The notes under the pieces: model-generated | Seen by the model: the letters and a program-made list of their open reading frames with translations, nothing else | The model's database searches: none | What the model was told of the DNA's origin: nothing | Shown here: positions 21,038-23,477 of the stretch, piece after piece | How the letters are laid out: every line of letters starts with the position of its first letter | Position numbering within the stretch: the first letter of the stretch is position 1 | Translations under genes and position numbers: made by a program | DNA from: Chiloscyllium plagiosum | Taxonomy: Eukaryota | NCBI RefSeq assembly: GCF_004010195.1 | Contig: NC_057753.1 | Coordinates: forward strand, 6,789,894 to 6,813,370 | Reading direction: 5' to 3' | Length of the DNA stretch: 23,477 bases

Positions 21038-21951
21038 CTAACGTGGCGGTGATTGCGATTCTACCTCGTGGAAGATGCGGTCTCTCCAGTTGTATCACAC
21101 ACTACTTGGTGGCAATGGCAGTGTCGGACATTTTAGTCATCATCGCTGCTGTGGTTGTGAACCGGATCACGCGCAATTATTTACAGTTTAGTTTCCTATC
21201 CATCACGCCAGCATGCAGTTTCCGTTCTGCTTTAATTTACACAACTATTGACACTTCTGTGTGGCTCACAGTCGCTTTCACCTTTGATCGATTTATCGCC
21301 ATTTGTTGCCAAAAGCTAAAAATGAAATATTGCGCTGATAAAACTGCAGTGAAGGTGATGGGGATAATTTGTGCTTTGAGCTGCTTCAAAAACGCCTTCT
21401 TGTACTTTATATATGAGCCGATGTACACAATCAAACAAACACCATGGTTCTGCAGCGTAAAACCCGTATTTTACACATCAGCGGCATGGGCTGCATACGA
21501 TTGGTTGCTTCGAATTTTGAACCCTTGTCTCCCGTTCATTCTGATGCTATTACTCAATGCTCTCACAGTCAGGCACATCCTCGCAGCCAACAGAACCCGC
21601 AAGAGATTGCTGCACCAGAACAATGGAGAGCATGACTCAGAGATGGAGAGCAGAAGGAAGTCTATGGCTTTACTTTTCTCCATCTCAGGCAGTTATATTC
21701 TATTTTATTCATTGTTTTTCATTACTTTTCTCTATGTAAGAATTACTGGCCTCACTTACTTCTCAGGCTCAAACTTTGATAAATCTAATTTTATTCTGGA
21801 AGAATGTGGATTCATGTTACAACTGTTGAGTTCCTGTGTCAACCCATTCATTTACGCAGTAACACAGAGAAAGTTCAGGGAGGAATTACAGAATGCTATA
21901 ATATCTTTAAGAAGTATGATTCCTAAACTATTAAAATTATGGAAAGAATAA
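21038..21951 (+). CDS. Exon 2 of GPR139-like (probable G-protein coupled receptor 139/142 family) class A GPCR; spliced product 327 aa
   Basis: Acceptor ttctctgttacag|CT AAC is in frame with exon 1. Intact 7TM ORF with TM2 YLVAMAVSDILV, TM3 TSVWLTVAFTFDRFIAICC (GPR139: TSIWITVPLTIDRYIAVCH), ECL2 WFC, TM5 LPFILMLLLNALTV, TM6 LLFSISG, TM7 NPFIY and helix 8 RKFREEL. Stop TAA 21949-21951. Confidence 0.96.
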
Positions 21952-21952
21952 A
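21947..21952 (+). terminator. Candidate polyadenylation signal AATAAA overlapping the stop codon (alternative ATTAAA at 22006-22011)
   Basis: Hexamer match only, with GT/T-rich sequence downstream. Confidence 0.35.
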
Positions 21953-22129
21953 ATCCAATATCAAGTTGTAATTCACATGCACACGTTTTGTGTTAGCTGA
22001 TTTCAATTAAATTCTCTCTCTTCAGGGCCTTTGTCACTGACTTTGTTATCATAACAACAATTGCTTTCTTTCCTCAAAGCATTTAAAACGTGTAGCCGTT
22101 TTAGCAGTCAAATTGACTGTGATCGTGGA

Positions 22130-22376
22130 GAAATCTCCAGAAAGAACATGTCAGGGCCAAATCATCATAACGGGGGGGGGGGAATGTTACTCCGTAAGTG
22201 AAAAATTTCTTCAAGCATATTTCTGGAGTTTTCTGACGATGTATAAGGGATGACGATGACAACGCTATTGGTGTCACCAAATGGGCCTCAAAAAGACCGT
22301 TGGTTTGGTGCCTCACAACTGACTTGAAAGGAAAGCTACATCCGAACAATTAAAATAAGAGCACGAGTAATTGCAA
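22130..22376 (+). mobile_element. Possible very decayed CR1 RT fragment
   Basis: ctggagttttctgacgatgta (LEFSDDV versus LEFFEDV), ggtgcctcac (VPH) and aaaataagagcac (KIRA) occur in the order expected for CR1 RT. Confidence 0.4.
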
Positions 22377-23477
22377 GGTTTGTGAAGGTTTGTAGCTCAG
22401 GTTGAGGTTTAGGGTGTAGGTTTGCTCGCTGAGCTGTAGGTTTGATATCCAGACATTTATTTACCTTGCTAGGTAACATCATCAGTGGCGACCTCCAAGT
22501 GAAGCGAAGCTGTTGTCTCCTGCTTTCTAGTTATATGTTTGTCTTGGATGGGGTTCCTGGGGTTTGTGGTGACGTCATTTCCTGTTCGTTTTCTGAGGGG
22601 TTGATAGATGGCGTCTAGATCTATGTCGATATTTACGGCGTTGTGGTTGGAGTGCCAGGCCTCTAGGAATACTCTAGCATGTCTTTGCTTAGCCTGTCCC
22701 AGAATAGATGTGTTGTCTCAGTCGAATTGGTGTTTTTTTTCGTCCGTGTGTAGGGCTACGAGGGAGAGAGGGTCGTGTCTTTTCGTGGCTAACTGGTGTT
22801 TGTGTATCCTGGTGGCTAAATTTCTTCCTGTTTGTCCTACGTAGTGTTTGTGGCAGTCCTTCCATGGAATTTTGTAGACGACGTTGGTTTTGTCCATGGG
22901 TTGTACTGGGTCTTTTAAGTTTGTTAGTTGTTGTTTGAGAGTGTTGGTAGGTTTGTGTGTTACTGGGATTGCGAGGGGTCTTAGTCGTCTGGCTGTCATT
23001 TCTGAAACTTCTTTGATATATGGTAAGGTGGTTAGGATTTCTGGCTGTGTCTGTTCTGCTTGTCGTGGTTTGTTCTTGAGGAATCTGCGGACTGTAAGTT
23101 CGTCTGAGCTGCAGTGTGAGGTGGTTCGTTGGAATAGTGTTCTGATACAGCTTCGTTTGTGTGTGTTGGGATGGTTGCTGGTGTAGTTAAGTATTTGGTC
23201 AGTGTTTGTCGGTTTTCTGTATACGCAGTTTTGTAGTTAGCCATTGTCCATTCTTTCGACTGTGACGTCTAGGAATGCGAGTTTGTTGTCGGTTTCTTCC
23301 TCATTGGTGAACCTTATGCCTGTGAGAGTGTTGTTGATGATGTTAAATGTCTCTTCTATTTTGTTTTGTTTTGTGATGACAAAGGTGTCATCTACATACC
23401 AGACCCAGATTTTTGGTTTGATGGTTGGTTGTTCTAGCCTTTGCATTACTGCTTCTGCTATGAATCCTGATAGCGGA
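22377..23477 (-). mobile_element. Penelope-like retroelement (RT + GIY-YIG endonuclease), decayed; continues past the window end
   Basis: Minus-strand ORFs WYVDDTFVI...IRFTNEEETDNKLAFLDVTV (RT) and KTNVVYKIPWKDCHKHYVGQTGRNLATRIHKH (GIY-YIG). The terminal region carries a hammerhead-like motif. Confidence 0.93.
22448..22488 (-). ncRNA. Degenerate minimal type I hammerhead ribozyme in the Penelope terminal repeat
   Basis: Minus strand: CCA-CTGATGA-TG-TTACCT-AGCA-AGGTAA-A-TAAA-T-GTC-TGG. CUGAUGA core, stem II hairpin, GUC site and stem I (CCA/TGG) are present, but GAAA is mutated to TAAA. Confidence 0.7.

Overview
Repeat-rich eukaryotic genomic DNA, very probably from a shark or other elasmobranch (inferred from an HE1/V-SINE-type SINE, shark-type CR1 LINEs and the receptor family). 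About two thirds is decayed non-LTR retrotransposon sequence: several CR1 copies, several copies of a second endonuclease-RT LINE family, a SINE and a Penelope-like element. A 500-N assembly gap lies at 16362-16861. The host content is a two-exon class A GPCR of the GPR139/GPR142-like group (exon 1 17569-17638, exon 2 21038-21951, + strand, 327 aa). The ORF track also misses a 70-nt exon 1 of a paralogue on the - strand (6699-6768), whose exon 2 is not in the window. The two paralogues share a conserved proximal promoter block (TAATTA, an O/E-like site, TATA), which suggests a co-regulated, possibly chemosensory, receptor cluster. Other notable items are a tRNA-Pro(CGG) pseudogene with an 18-nt insert at the canonical tRNA intron position, a mutated minimal hammerhead ribozyme in the Penelope terminus, and a young CR1 copy that lacks ORF1. 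Repeat boundaries are approximate (read by eye).
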